Translations under genes and position numbers: made by a program
In this document: positions 1 through 9,923 of the stretch, one piece after another
Layout of the letters: every line of letters begins with the position of its first letter
Numbering within the stretch: the stretch's first letter is position 1
Assembly (NCBI GenBank): GCA_030059675.1
Contig: JANVYQ010000003.1
Location: 128,001 to 192,000 of the forward strand
Length of the DNA: 64,000 bases
From: Candidatus Pelearchaeum maunauluense
Lineage (GTDB): Archaea > Thermoproteota > Nitrososphaeria_A > Caldarchaeales > Caldarchaeaceae
Direction: 5' to 3'
Notes under the pieces: generated by a model
Seen by the model: the letters and a program-made list of their open reading frames with translations, nothing else
Database searches by the model: none
Told to the model about the DNA's origin: nothing

Positions 1-654
1 TATGTATGCTAGTATCAGCCCCATGGCTGGGCTTGTAAGACAGGTCGGGCAAAGGACTGCGAGGCCAGCCAAAGGGCCTGGGAGCGCGGCTGCTATCTTC
101 TGCTTTAATACTAGAAGAGATATGAAGGCCGCCATCAAAAACCCGCCTACGAGTGAGAGAGCCAGCGCCGCGCTAAGTATGTAAGGCCTCAGCACAACGC
201 CAAAGAAGCACGCTGGAGACCATACCAGCACAGGCCCATATCCCACGCTACTCTCAACTATCAGAAAACGCGGCTCAAGGCCGCCACTAATATCAACCAC
301 AATCATGCCTTGCAGGTAGCCGTATGCGGCGAAGTATAGGACGCTCAACACAATCCATAATTTCCTAAATGTCGCGTTCTGAGCCAGCGTCCTTAAGTTG
401 CTGAAGTTTGGGGAGAAGAGTCTGGCAAATCTGCCAACATTAGTTGTGCTGTTGCTGGTTATTAGATTTCTGAGGAATACGTAGATGAATGGTATGGAGA
501 TGTTTATCCAAACTAATGGTGCTAGCGTTGGGGGCCAGTCGTATATGAGTGAGGTTGTAAGGTCGCGCATAAGCCCCAGAAGCTCAAAATACAAGAGAAG
601 CAGGACTATGAGGGTGATCTCTAGAGATAGTCTGCCGCTCCCAGCGCGACGCAT
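1..654 (-). CDS. Multi-pass membrane protein with CPTC motif (runs off window start)
   Basis: Manual translation from ATG at 654: MRRAGSGRLSLEITLIVLLLLYFELLG...LAVLCPTCLTSPAMGLILAYI, open to position 1; several hydrophobic segments; absent from ORF track because it has no stop in the window. Confidence 0.75.
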   Translation of the reverse strand, partial: MRRAGSGRLSLEITLIVLLLLYFELLGLMRDLTTSLIYDWPPTLAPLVWINISIPFIYVFLRNLITSNSTTNVGRFARLFSPNFSNLRTLAQNATFRKLWIVLSVLYFAAYGYLQGMIVVDISGGLEPRFLIVESSVGYGPVLVWSPACFFGVVLRPYILSAALALSLVGGFLMAAFISLLVLKQKIAAALPGPLAGLAVLCPTCLTSPAMGLILAYI

Positions 655-757
655 AACCAACCCTCTATATGGCTTCAACTATGAACGGATAGAGAAAAGC
701 CTTACCCAATAAGTCAGTGCATGGTTTGTGTTTATTACTTGGGGATTCTAGAAAACC

Positions 758-2020
758 ATGGCGTATAACGCCTGGGGAGCGTGTGGCGGCTTGGTAGTCC
801 GGAAGGAGGAAGAGGTAAAGACTGTAGAGGTTTACGACACAGGTGAGGCTCCTCTCACATTTAGCTACGGCCCACAACACCCTGGGACGGGCCACTTCAG
901 AATGATTGTAACAGTTAGCGGTGATACCTTGATAGACGCCCAGCCAGACCCTGGGTTCGTCCACCGCGGCGAGGAAAAGATGTGCGAGTATAAGACCTGG
1001 ATTACGAACATCCCGCATATTGAGAGGCCTGTAATTCTGGACTCGGCTGGGATACAGTATCCATATGTCCTTGCTGTTGAGAAGCTGATGGGTGTTGAGC
1101 CGCCTGAGAGGGCCAAGTATCTTAGGACTATAATGGCCGAGCTTAATAGGATTGGAAGCCACCTCTACTGGTTTGCTCTGTACGGTGTCTTCCTAGGCCA
1201 CGCCACCATGTTCCTCTGGTGCTTCGGAGACAGGGAGTACCTAGTTGACCTAGTGTCGCTCATTGGGGGGCAGAGAATAACCCACGCATACTTCGTCCCA
1301 GGCGGCGTGAGGAACGACGCACCAGCCCACGTGCCCATGGGGCTTGTTAGAGAATTCAGAAGATACTACAGAATGGTTACTGGCAAAGACCTGCCAGAGA
1401 AGCAGCAATCAACGGAGTTTAAGAAATACGCCCACGCTGTCTGCGAGTTCTTCCTAGAGAGGCTTAACGACTATTGGGATATGTTCTTCAACAATGAGCT
1501 ATTCATACAGAGAACCAAGGATGTCGGGGTTCTAAGCGAGTATGATGCTATAAGGCTGGGCGTTGTTGGGACTACGCTCAGAGCATCAGGAATAAGGTCT
1601 GATACCCGTATAGATGACCCATATGACGCTTATCCCTATCTGAAGTTTGAAATCCCGACTGGGACGCGGGGAGACTGTTATGACAGGGCTATTGTCGGGT
1701 TTAGGGAGATGCAGGAGAGCGCGAAGATAATCATGCAGGCGTTGGAGCAGATGCCTGATGGGCCTGTGAAGAATAAGCAGCACCCGATAAATATCCGCGT
1801 ACCCGCTGGAGAGGCGGTAGCCCGCGCAGAAGCAGCGCGCGGCGAGATGCTCTTCTACATCAGAAGCGATGGGAGCGACAGGCCTTACAGGGTTAAGATA
1901 AGCCCACCATCATTCAGGCTCATACCAGCCATAGCCCACCTACTACGCGGAACGCAGATAGCGCATATACCACCCATATACTGGTCGCTAAACTACTGGC
2001 CCGTAGAAGCAGACAGATAA
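758..2020 (+). CDS. nuoD: NADH:quinone oxidoreductase (complex I-like) subunit D
   Basis: GPQHPG, HRGEEK, AELNRIGSHL, EAARGE and C-terminal EADR motifs; no NiFe CxxC pairs; true start may be the TTG near 791. Confidence 0.92.
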   Translation: MAYNAWGACGGLVVRKEEEVKTVEVYDTGEAPLTFSYGPQHPGTGHFRMIVTVSGDTLIDAQPDPGFVHRGEEKMCEYKTWITNIPHIERPVILDSAGIQYPYVLAVEKLMGVEPPERAKYLRTIMAELNRIGSHLYWFALYGVFLGHATMFLWCFGDREYLVDLVSLIGGQRITHAYFVPGGVRNDAPAHVPMGLVREFRRYYRMVTGKDLPEKQQSTEFKKYAHAVCEFFLERLNDYWDMFFNNELFIQRTKDVGVLSEYDAIRLGVVGTTLRASGIRSDTRIDDPYDAYPYLKFEIPTGTRGDCYDRAIVGFREMQESAKIIMQALEQMPDGPVKNKQHPINIRVPAGEAVARAEAARGEMLFYIRSDGSDRPYRVKISPPSFRLIPAIAHLLRGTQIAHIPPIYWSLNYWPVEADR

Positions 2021-2022
2021 TC

Positions 2023-2711
2023 ATGAAGGTCGTCTCACTAGACTTTGGGGGCACGCTGGCCTACGAGCCTAGGGAGGAGTATCTCACCTACCACCAGCTA
2101 CTAGCCAGCATGGGGTACAGGCTGAAGCAGGAAGACGTTAGGAAAGCATATGAGAAGACAATTGCATACTTTAAGGAAGGTGGTATATTTGGAAAGCGAG
2201 TATGGGATGGGTCATTACATCTAGAGTTTATCACACTACTATGTAGAGATCTAATGATTGATAACGCTGAGGTAGCAGCGCGTAGGTTGCATGAGCTTTT
2301 CCATACGAGCTTGACGTGAGGAAGTTTGACGACGTGGATAGGACTTTGAATGCTGTGAAAGAATATGGAGCCAGGCTTATAATCATATCCAACATAGCAT
2401 CCGAGATGTGGCTGAGAATCTACCTGAACAGGCTGGGAATTGCTGGCTATTTTGATTATCTAGTTGCCTCAGGCTCGGTTGGTTTTGAAAAGCCTGACAC
2501 CAGAGTATTCAGACATGCGGCAAGCCTAGTTGGAGTAGAGCCGCAGGGCATAATGCATGTTGGAGACTCGTATGAGCATGATTACCTAGGAGCACAAGCG
2601 GCTGGCTTCTTCCCAGTTCTAGTGGATAGATATGGGAGGAATATGGATAAGAACTGTAGGAAGATAGATAAATTATACGAGCTGGTTGATTTTCTACAAG
2701 AAGCTCTCTAA
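2023..2711 (+). pseudogene. HAD-superfamily hydrolase split by one frameshift (pseudogene or sequencing error)
   Basis: Motif I-like SLDFGGTL in ORF 2023-2319; motifs II-IV (ISN, EKPD, HVGDSYEHD) in ORF 2316-2711; one extra T in the T-run at ~2297-2300 rejoins them (HELFPYELDVRKFDD). Confidence 0.85.
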
Positions 2712-5210
2712 GCTACTCACACCTATTATGCTGTCAAACTCTATCTCCAGCGGGTCTAGTATCTGCTCAAATGTTGAGCGCATATAATCTATGTATTTAT
2801 CAACATCTATGTTCTCAAGCCTAGCGAACTGCACGGGCGCCACGCCGTCCTTGTCCTTTGTCTTCACGTAGCTAATAATGTCCCCAGCGACTACCTTGAT
2901 ATTATTCTGTTGCAGCTTCCTGGCCGCCTTGACGTGGGGTGGTGTGGTCTTCTCATAGCGTTCAGGCGTCTTTGAGAGCATGACGCGGAAAGCGAGCTGC
3001 TCTATTTCCAGCTCCCTGTTCTTAAGCTTCCTATACCATGTGGAGATAGCATTCCTGATGTTGGCCTTAACCCTCTCCAAGTCCTCTTCATTCTTAACCT
3101 TTGAGAGCTGCCGCAGAACGTCGTCAAACGCCTCCTTTATGAAGACGGGAATATTGCGCTTCTTACCTGTTAAGCCCTTAACATCTACTACGCCTTTATC
3201 GGTAACGCCTAGGTAGTTCTTCTTTCTGCGGCTGAAGACAACATAGACGTATGTCTTGTCAAACTCTAGGTCTAGGTTGAATTTGCTCTTAGCCCATCTT
3301 ACTACTTCTTCTATAAGCTCTGGCCTGTCCGTCTTTAGGAATATTGAGTCCGTGTCACCATATATGACTTGTATTCCCAGAGCTTTTGCTTTCTCTATGG
3401 CTTGCTTGAAGACGTATCGCCCAACAGCTGCTACGCCCTCCGCTACTGGCGGACAGTATAGTGGGAACTCCTCAAAGCCGAAGACACCATAGCTGGCGTT
3501 GAGAAAGACTTTGAGAGCACGCTGGACTACGCCATACCAGCTACGCTGCTCAGAGTCAAGACTCTTATCGCCAGCTTTCACCTTATACCAGCCAACCCTA
3601 ATATCCCTGAGAGAGCCTATGATGAGACTCTGAATACCGCGCTTCTTCTTGCATACCCAGTGGTCTGTCTCAGGGATTAGGTTATCCTTACACTCCTCAT
3701 GGGGGCAGCGTACAGTCTCGTAGCTTAGGTTGGCCTCCTTTAGTACTGATGGGTAGAGGGAGGCGAAGTCAAGCACTATGACTCCAAAATGGATTCCAGG
3801 TATGGGGTCAACTACTATGGCGCCACGGTATTTCTTCCCGTCAATAACAGCTTTTGTTGATACCTGTCCCTTGACTTGTAGGAGGTCTTCCTTGCGTGGT
3901 ATTATCCAATTCATGCGGCGGTGCTCCCAATATAGTAGGTTCTTTATCCAGCCCGATACCCCATGCCTGCACACGTCCTCCATCGGTGTTCTTCCTATAC
4001 GCGCTATAACCGCAATCAGTCTGAGAACAAGCCTATCATTCATAGTAATCAAGTCGTGCAGAAGCTTGGCGTCTCGGTAGCTGTATTCTGCAAGCTCAAG
4101 AGGCGTGAGCTCGGCTAGGGTTTTAGTCAGTGGAACCTTCCCCACCCCTAGGAGAGCTGTCGCCACACCCTCAAGCGTATGCTCCCTATACCTATTATCA
4201 AACGCGTAAATCTGAATTGACTTATTCATGAAGAAGCGGTATAGGTCTAGGTGTATCCCAGCCCTGAGCGTGGCGCCCTCGCGACCCAATATTATTGGTA
4301 TCTTCTCCCTCTCGATACCCAGCTTCTCGCCCCGGTTCTTGAGATAAGGCAGGTCAAAGTCATCGCCATTAAACGTAACTATTATGGGGTACTTCTCGAT
4401 TATCTCAAAGCAACGCCTAAGCATAGCCTGCTCATTATCAAAATACTCTATCCTGAACTCTGTTGGGCTTTTCTCATTTTGCTGAGCCTTACCCAATAAG
4501 AGGACTAGGTTAAGGCCGTCTGAGCTTGCCAGAGATATTGCCGCTACCCTATCCTCTGGATGGCTTGGAGACGGGACGCGCGTCGCTGATTCCCCTGTAA
4601 TCTCGATGTCGAGAGCTATGAATTCTATCTTGGGTTGCTCAGCCTCAAGTATCTTTAACCACTTACGCAGCTCTTCCGCCTCTTGCTCACCAACCGACCT
4701 GAAGAAACGCTTTAGAATCTCATCAACTATGTTATCATCTGCTAACTCTGGAGTTAATGTGCCGTCATCGTCTGCCGCGTATATGAGGGAGGGTATGAGC
4801 TGGTTATCGAAGAGGTAGTTTAGGTGGTATGGTATGTCAGCTTCCCAGCAGTCTATCTGCTCTCGTATGGATTTCTTCGAGCCGCCAACGGCAAGAGGGT
4901 CGCTGGCAATTATCTTTGTCATGGTTATCTTTTCATCGCTTATAGCGTCATATTTCTCAACAGTCTCGAAAGCCACAGCCCCAGCTTGCTTTAGCGCCTC
5001 GTTATTCTCAAGCCTCTCCAACGGTATGTTGGTGAAGCAGTACGGCTTATGATCGGTGTTGTCATACCATAGTATAACCTCACCAGCCTTGGTGTCGAGT
5101 AGCTTAAGGTATGCTTTCCCCTTTTGGCCATCGTAGGCGCAACCAAGTAGGAAGAGCCGTTTCTTGGGCTTCGGCCTCTCTACAGCTTCAAACAAGGAGA
5201 GCTGTGGCAT
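2694..5210 (-). CDS. polB1: Family B DNA polymerase, PolB1 type
   Basis: Exonuclease DIE and FNGDDFD motifs; polymerase DFASLYPS, KVFLNASYG, YGDTDS and KKNY motifs; N-terminus of the PolB1 type. Confidence 0.95.
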   Translation of the reverse strand: MPQLSLFEAVERPKPKKRLFLLGCAYDGQKGKAYLKLLDTKAGEVILWYDNTDHKPYCFTNIPLERLENNEALKQAGAVAFETVEKYDAISDEKITMTKIIASDPLAVGGSKKSIREQIDCWEADIPYHLNYLFDNQLIPSLIYAADDDGTLTPELADDNIVDEILKRFFRSVGEQEAEELRKWLKILEAEQPKIEFIALDIEITGESATRVPSPSHPEDRVAAISLASSDGLNLVLLLGKAQQNEKSPTEFRIEYFDNEQAMLRRCFEIIEKYPIIVTFNGDDFDLPYLKNRGEKLGIEREKIPIILGREGATLRAGIHLDLYRFFMNKSIQIYAFDNRYREHTLEGVATALLGVGKVPLTKTLAELTPLELAEYSYRDAKLLHDLITMNDRLVLRLIAVIARIGRTPMEDVCRHGVSGWIKNLLYWEHRRMNWIIPRKEDLLQVKGQVSTKAVIDGKKYRGAIVVDPIPGIHFGVIVLDFASLYPSVLKEANLSYETVRCPHEECKDNLIPETDHWVCKKKRGIQSLIIGSLRDIRVGWYKVKAGDKSLDSEQRSWYGVVQRALKVFLNASYGVFGFEEFPLYCPPVAEGVAAVGRYVFKQAIEKAKALGIQVIYGDTDSIFLKTDRPELIEEVVRWAKSKFNLDLEFDKTYVYVVFSRRKKNYLGVTDKGVVDVKGLTGKKRNIPVFIKEAFDDVLRQLSKVKNEEDLERVKANIRNAISTWYRKLKNRELEIEQLAFRVMLSKTPERYEKTTPPHVKAARKLQQNNIKVVAGDIISYVKTKDKDGVAPVQFARLENIDVDKYIDYMRSTFEQILDPLEIEFDSIIGVSSLESFL

Positions 5211-5261
5211 AGCTTAGGGACGCCCCTACTAGCTTTCTATTAGGCATCGGATAAATAAGTC

Positions 5262-6149
5262 TTAACGCTTAGACTCTATAGCAGTTATACACTCCACTAG
5301 TACTCGTGTAGCCTGGGCCGCGGTTAGGCCGTTATCGTAGATTGAGCACACCTCCATTATGTCTAAGCCGACAATCGTGGGGGAGCATACCGCGTGGAGA
5401 AGCTCTACCAAATCGTAAGGGGTTATCCCATTTGGCTCAGGATTTCCGACGCTTGGAGCGTATGCGGGGTCTAAAACATCAATATCCACAGACACATACG
5501 CGGGTCTGCCACCAGCAAATACCCTTATTCTACTTAACACCTGGTCTAGATTGTCGTGAATCTGCTTGGAGGTATAGTATGTTATTCCAAGCTCTCTAGC
5601 GGTTTTTAGCTCGTCGTAATCATATCCCCTCACACCAACTACAGCAACCTTAAGCTTTCGCTTCTCCAATAAACGCCTCAGATAGGTTGCATGATTCATT
5701 CTAGTTCCCAAATAATTATCGCGTAGGTCGAAATGAGCGTCGAAAACTATTAACACGCCCTCAACATCTCTAAAGCACGCCATAACCGCTGGCATCGTGA
5801 AAGTATGCTCGCCACCAACCATTAGTGGTGTCTTGCCTAGTCGTCGTATGTCTTTCACAACTCTAAAAACGCGCTTTAGCATAGCAGCTAGACTATAGGT
5901 AAATCTCACATCCCCAGCGTCGTGTAGCCTCACACTCCTAGCATCAAACTCCAGATTAACACTGTTGGACTCTAAATTGGAGCTGAATTTACGAAGCATC
6001 TCAGGCCCATAACGCGAGCATGCTCTGAAACTTGATGTTAGGTCATACGGGACGCCGAAGGCCACGTATTTGGCCTCGTCAAGACTATACTCCAAACCTA
6101 GAAAAGTCTCTGAGCGTCTCAGATACTGTTTTAGGGCATCTCCATGCAT
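5262..6149 (-). CDS. speB: Agmatinase (ureohydrolase family)
   Basis: GVPYDLTSSFR, GGEHT, DAHFD, DIDVLDP and PEPNG motifs. Confidence 0.85.
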   Translation of the reverse strand: MHGDALKQYLRRSETFLGLEYSLDEAKYVAFGVPYDLTSSFRACSRYGPEMLRKFSSNLESNSVNLEFDARSVRLHDAGDVRFTYSLAAMLKRVFRVVKDIRRLGKTPLMVGGEHTFTMPAVMACFRDVEGVLIVFDAHFDLRDNYLGTRMNHATYLRRLLEKRKLKVAVVGVRGYDYDELKTARELGITYYTSKQIHDNLDQVLSRIRVFAGGRPAYVSVDIDVLDPAYAPSVGNPEPNGITPYDLVELLHAVCSPTIVGLDIMEVCSIYDNGLTAAQATRVLVECITAIESKR

Positions 6150-6228
6150 TTGTCGCGTGATGTTTCCAAATATTCTTTAAATACATTTTCCGCCGTTATG
6201 TTTAACGCATTTTGAAGAAGAGGGGCGT

Positions 6229-8478
6229 TTGGGAATGGAGCGATATCTATGGATAGCCGCCGCGTTTGGACTCATAATTAGACTCGCCCTAGCCCCCTTC
6301 TTCGGCCATGCGTGGGATATGTATATCTGGATAGTCAGCGGAGAGCTGGTAGTAAATGAAGGAGTGAATATCTATCAGCTAAAAGATTTAACAGATTTCC
6401 CATGGGGGTTCTACGCATACCCGCCTGCATGGCTCTACTGGCTGAGCCTAGCAGCCTGGTTAAACACATTCTTCAATAATCTTAACATCTACGTAATGAT
6501 AATAAAGCTACCAATCATACTTGCCGATGTTGCTATAGCCTTTATACTATATAGGATAAGTAGGATACTAAGCCTTCCAGAGCGTTGGTCTCGTTTAGCA
6601 CCGCTCATATGGCTCCTCAATCCCGTGACAATATTCATAACCGCTGTCTGGGGGATGTTTGACTCCCTAGCGGTGTTGACCACGATGGCCGCGCTTTACT
6701 ACGCTCTCATAGGGCGTGAAAGGAGGACTGGGATTCTCCTAGGCCTAGGTACGGCTATCAAACTCTATCCGGCGCTCCTCATAATACCAGTATCAGCATA
6801 TCTGCTCAAAGTGAAAAAAGCAAAGCCAGCCCGCGTCTTCTACGACATAACTCTACTAGCAACAATAACAGGGGTAGCGCTAAGCCTACCCTACCTAATC
6901 GACCCCCTCTCATTCATAAGTAAATTACTATACCACTTCAGGAATGTGGGTCAATTTACTTACTGGACGGGAATATCAATAATAATGAACCCCATCTTCA
7001 TCACTATAATATCCAACACAGCATTCGTGGCGCTTTTCATCATAGCATTAACCAAAATGTTAAGGCTAAACACAAACAACAGCATGAAGCTTATCAACTT
7101 AATTACCATATCGCTGCTCGTTTTTCTATCTGTTTCATCCAAGGTAAATGTTCAATATACTCTTTGGGTATTGCCTTTCCTTCTCCTCATCATGCCCACC
7201 ATGAATAGCCGTGAGGCTCGGATAAACTTCTACCTCCTAATAGTTGCTGCGATTATGTTCATTACAGCAACGATACTCATACCAGGAATGTATAGTCTAT
7301 CAAATCTAGGAACGCTCTCGCTGGGCTACGAGCAGCAGACAAGCGGGTTCATAGGCCCTCTCCTTATTACGTCAGCCCTTCTGGGTGGAACGAGATACGT
7401 CGGCCTCATGCTGGAATTCCTCTCCGTAAAGCTAAGAAACATATGGAACATAAACCGCCTATCCATAATCACGCTCCTCATAATATTCGCACTCTTCCTA
7501 AGCCTCTTCCCAACAGGAAGGGGAGTTGAACTGCCCTACCTAGATGTCCGTGTGGCTGTTCCAGAGAGCGTAGAATCCATATTCGGACTCCAAGAAGGCT
7601 TTGACATAGACTCCTTCACCATGCTCTACAACGTAACCCACATAGTAATACCCATGGGGCCTGATGTAGTCAATACCTATGTTAGGGGGAACTATGACAT
7701 GGATGTCTCGCGGAACTTTAGGTTCAGGCTTGGGATAGACTCATGGAGCCTCGCAGACCTCAAAAATCTAGTTGATACGCTCCACGCCAGGGGGTATAGG
7801 GTTCTTCTGGGAATATACCTACGCTCATATTATCACTCAATGTACTTCGGGATACAGGGATATAACTCAACATGGCTTGTAGCGTCGTATGGAAAACTAG
7901 CAGACCAGATGGGGAACATCTACTTCCAAGAAAGTATGCAAATAGAAGGACGGAACATAACCTATGCCGAGTTCTTCGCAGCGAAGTCCCGCGAATTGAT
8001 AAGCGACCTTAGGTTTGATGGAGTTTATCTCATGGGAGTCAATTGGCAGTCTGGTTATAGGGTTTGGGAGAGCGTCAAGACGCTGGTCAACGCAATGAAT
8101 AAAGAGGGAATTACTGTTTTTGTAGAGATAGACCCACTCAGCGTTGATGAGAATTATCTGTCAAACGTCTCCCTTGCTGCCGATTTTATGGTAGTTAAAA
8201 CCGACCCATGGGTTAGGAATCTAAGAAACGCCTTGATAGGCAACTTTACTGTTGAGCAGTTTAAGGAGATGTTGGAGTATGTTGTTGAGGTCTCTGGGAG
8301 TGGTAAGGCTCGCGTGCTTTTTGGAATCTATGCTATTGACTTCACCGAGGGGTGGCTTACGCCCGCGGTTGAGCTTCAAGTTCAGGTTAATGAGTTCGCC
8401 TCTGTAAATGGGGTTTATGGATACGCGATATACCACACAAACAGATTCCTCCCATATAGGATAACAGTAACACGTTAG
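6229..8478 (+). CDS. GT-C fold (GT87/PIG-M-like) membrane glycosyltransferase with C-terminal soluble alpha/beta domain
   Basis: GHAWD, YAYPP, KLPIILAD, LLNP...WGMFD, AIKLYP and QYTLW motifs across many TM helices; ~300 aa soluble C-terminus. Confidence 0.75.
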   Translation: MGMERYLWIAAAFGLIIRLALAPFFGHAWDMYIWIVSGELVVNEGVNIYQLKDLTDFPWGFYAYPPAWLYWLSLAAWLNTFFNNLNIYVMIIKLPIILADVAIAFILYRISRILSLPERWSRLAPLIWLLNPVTIFITAVWGMFDSLAVLTTMAALYYALIGRERRTGILLGLGTAIKLYPALLIIPVSAYLLKVKKAKPARVFYDITLLATITGVALSLPYLIDPLSFISKLLYHFRNVGQFTYWTGISIIMNPIFITIISNTAFVALFIIALTKMLRLNTNNSMKLINLITISLLVFLSVSSKVNVQYTLWVLPFLLLIMPTMNSREARINFYLLIVAAIMFITATILIPGMYSLSNLGTLSLGYEQQTSGFIGPLLITSALLGGTRYVGLMLEFLSVKLRNIWNINRLSIITLLIIFALFLSLFPTGRGVELPYLDVRVAVPESVESIFGLQEGFDIDSFTMLYNVTHIVIPMGPDVVNTYVRGNYDMDVSRNFRFRLGIDSWSLADLKNLVDTLHARGYRVLLGIYLRSYYHSMYFGIQGYNSTWLVASYGKLADQMGNIYFQESMQIEGRNITYAEFFAAKSRELISDLRFDGVYLMGVNWQSGYRVWESVKTLVNAMNKEGITVFVEIDPLSVDENYLSNVSLAADFMVVKTDPWVRNLRNALIGNFTVEQFKEMLEYVVEVSGSGKARVLFGIYAIDFTEGWLTPAVELQVQVNEFASVNGVYGYAIYHTNRFLPYRITVTR

Positions 8479-8934
8479 CTACTCTTCGGGTATTCTGCGC
8501 CATTTGGGGACTTGCGGATATGCGCGGCCATCACGGCCCATGACCCCAGTTCCCATGCAGAAACCATGATACCTCGCTACTACAAACTTTCCTGATGTTT
8601 TTTGTCTAGCCTCCACTGGGGCAGCCATCATCCAGCGTACAGCGTCATCTCTATCAAGCTCTAGCGTGTTCTTTAGCTGTTGGCATAGGTAGTGGCTCCC
8701 TTCTATTGAGAGAGTCAATCCCCATTTTCTATACTTGGCAACATAGAGGCCTATGCTATCAACTTTCTTCAGAATGCTTGCTAGCTGGAGTGTCTCAGGT
8801 GTAGTAGCCCTCACGCGCCCCTCGCCTGATATTATCAGTTCATAGCTGCTGAAGAAATCAGATACCCCATAAGTTCTGTTGGCTTCGTGCTCTATCTGCC
8901 GCCTAAGCTCGCCATCTACCCGTCTAATCTTCAC
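8479..8934 (-). CDS. PUA-like RsmF C-terminal/NIP7-related protein
   Basis: SIGLYVAK...LTLSIEGS...LELDRDDAVRWM...GKFVVARYHGFCMGTG pattern; directly downstream of the m5C methyltransferase. Confidence 0.7.
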   Translation of the reverse strand: MKIRRVDGELRRQIEHEANRTYGVSDFFSSYELIISGEGRVRATTPETLQLASILKKVDSIGLYVAKYRKWGLTLSIEGSHYLCQQLKNTLELDRDDAVRWMMAAPVEARQKTSGKFVVARYHGFCMGTGVMGRDGRAYPQVPKWRRIPEE

Positions 8935-9923
8935 TAAGCCTCACCATGGTCTTGTTTTACTATTTTGGCGAAGAAGAACCCCTCAGCCCCGCTATCGTAT
9001 GGGTATATCCTAATGCATCTACCAATGTCTGGATGGAATGTTATGCCCCTCCACTCCTCCACTGGCTTTGTTGTTTTTATCCCCTCGACGTTTATGTTTT
9101 CCAGCTTTGCGTTTTCGCGCTTCTCCAATAGCTCAGAAACCACTGCCTCATTCTCAAGCGGGTGCAGCGTGCATGTGGAGTAAATCATCTTACCGCCTGG
9201 TTTTAGGGCGTCAAATCCCGACAAAAGCAACCCTAGCTGTAGTCGGCTTATCCTCTCACTTATCCTCTCGCTCCAACGTCTAGCCACGCCCCAGTCCTTG
9301 GATATTATGCCCAGCGAGCTGCACGGCGCGTCTACCAACACTCTATCAAACGTGGATGGATAGCGTTTTCCGAAGATTCTCCCATCGCGTAATGTTATGA
9401 TGGAGTTTATGACGCCGAACTTCTGCATGTTGGATGCGAGTGCTTTAACTCTATCGACAGATATGTCGTTGGCCACTATGACCCCACTCGCTTGCAGGAG
9501 CTGTGCTATGTGTGTTGATTTACTTCCAGGAGCTGCGCAGAGGTCTAGCACATGGTTTCCAGGCTCCACATCCAGCAGTTCGGCGGCAAGCATAGATACT
9601 GGACCCTGGAAATATACAAGGCCTAGCATGTGCCAGATACTCTCGGCTAAGTTTTCTTCACCAGAAACGTAATACCCATAATGGGTCCATGGAATCTTTT
9701 CAAGCAGGTAGCCATCTTCGCGGAGAAGTGATAAGCATTTCTCCATGTTGGTTTTGAGTGTGTTTATGCGGATTGAGGATGGGAGAGGCCTACTGTAAGC
9801 ATCTATTAGTGAATTCAAGTCTATGTCGGGTAGCTCACGGAGAAATGCTAAGAGCTGTTCTGATAATGTTATTCTACGCTGCTCCAACGCTATTTGAACA
9901 CCTCTCCAGTTTTGAGCGACCAC
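8934..9923 (-). CDS. RsmB/NOP2 family RNA m5C methyltransferase
   Basis: DLCAAPGSKS, DAPCS and YSTCT motifs; likely start is the TTG at 9887. Confidence 0.93.
   Translation of the reverse strand: MVAQNWRGVQIALEQRRITLSEQLLAFLRELPDIDLNSLIDAYSRPLPSSIRINTLKTNMEKCLSLLREDGYLLEKIPWTHYGYYVSGEENLAESIWHMLGLVYFQGPVSMLAAELLDVEPGNHVLDLCAAPGSKSTHIAQLLQASGVIVANDISVDRVKALASNMQKFGVINSIITLRDGRIFGKRYPSTFDRVLVDAPCSSLGIISKDWGVARRWSERISERISRLQLGLLLSGFDALKPGGKMIYSTCTLHPLENEAVVSELLEKRENAKLENINVEGIKTTKPVEEWRGITFHPDIGRCIRIYPYDSGAEGFFFAKIVKQDHGEA

Noticed and set aside
758-2020. Group 4 [NiFe]-hydrogenase large subunit
   Set aside because: Lacks both CxxC nickel-binding motifs
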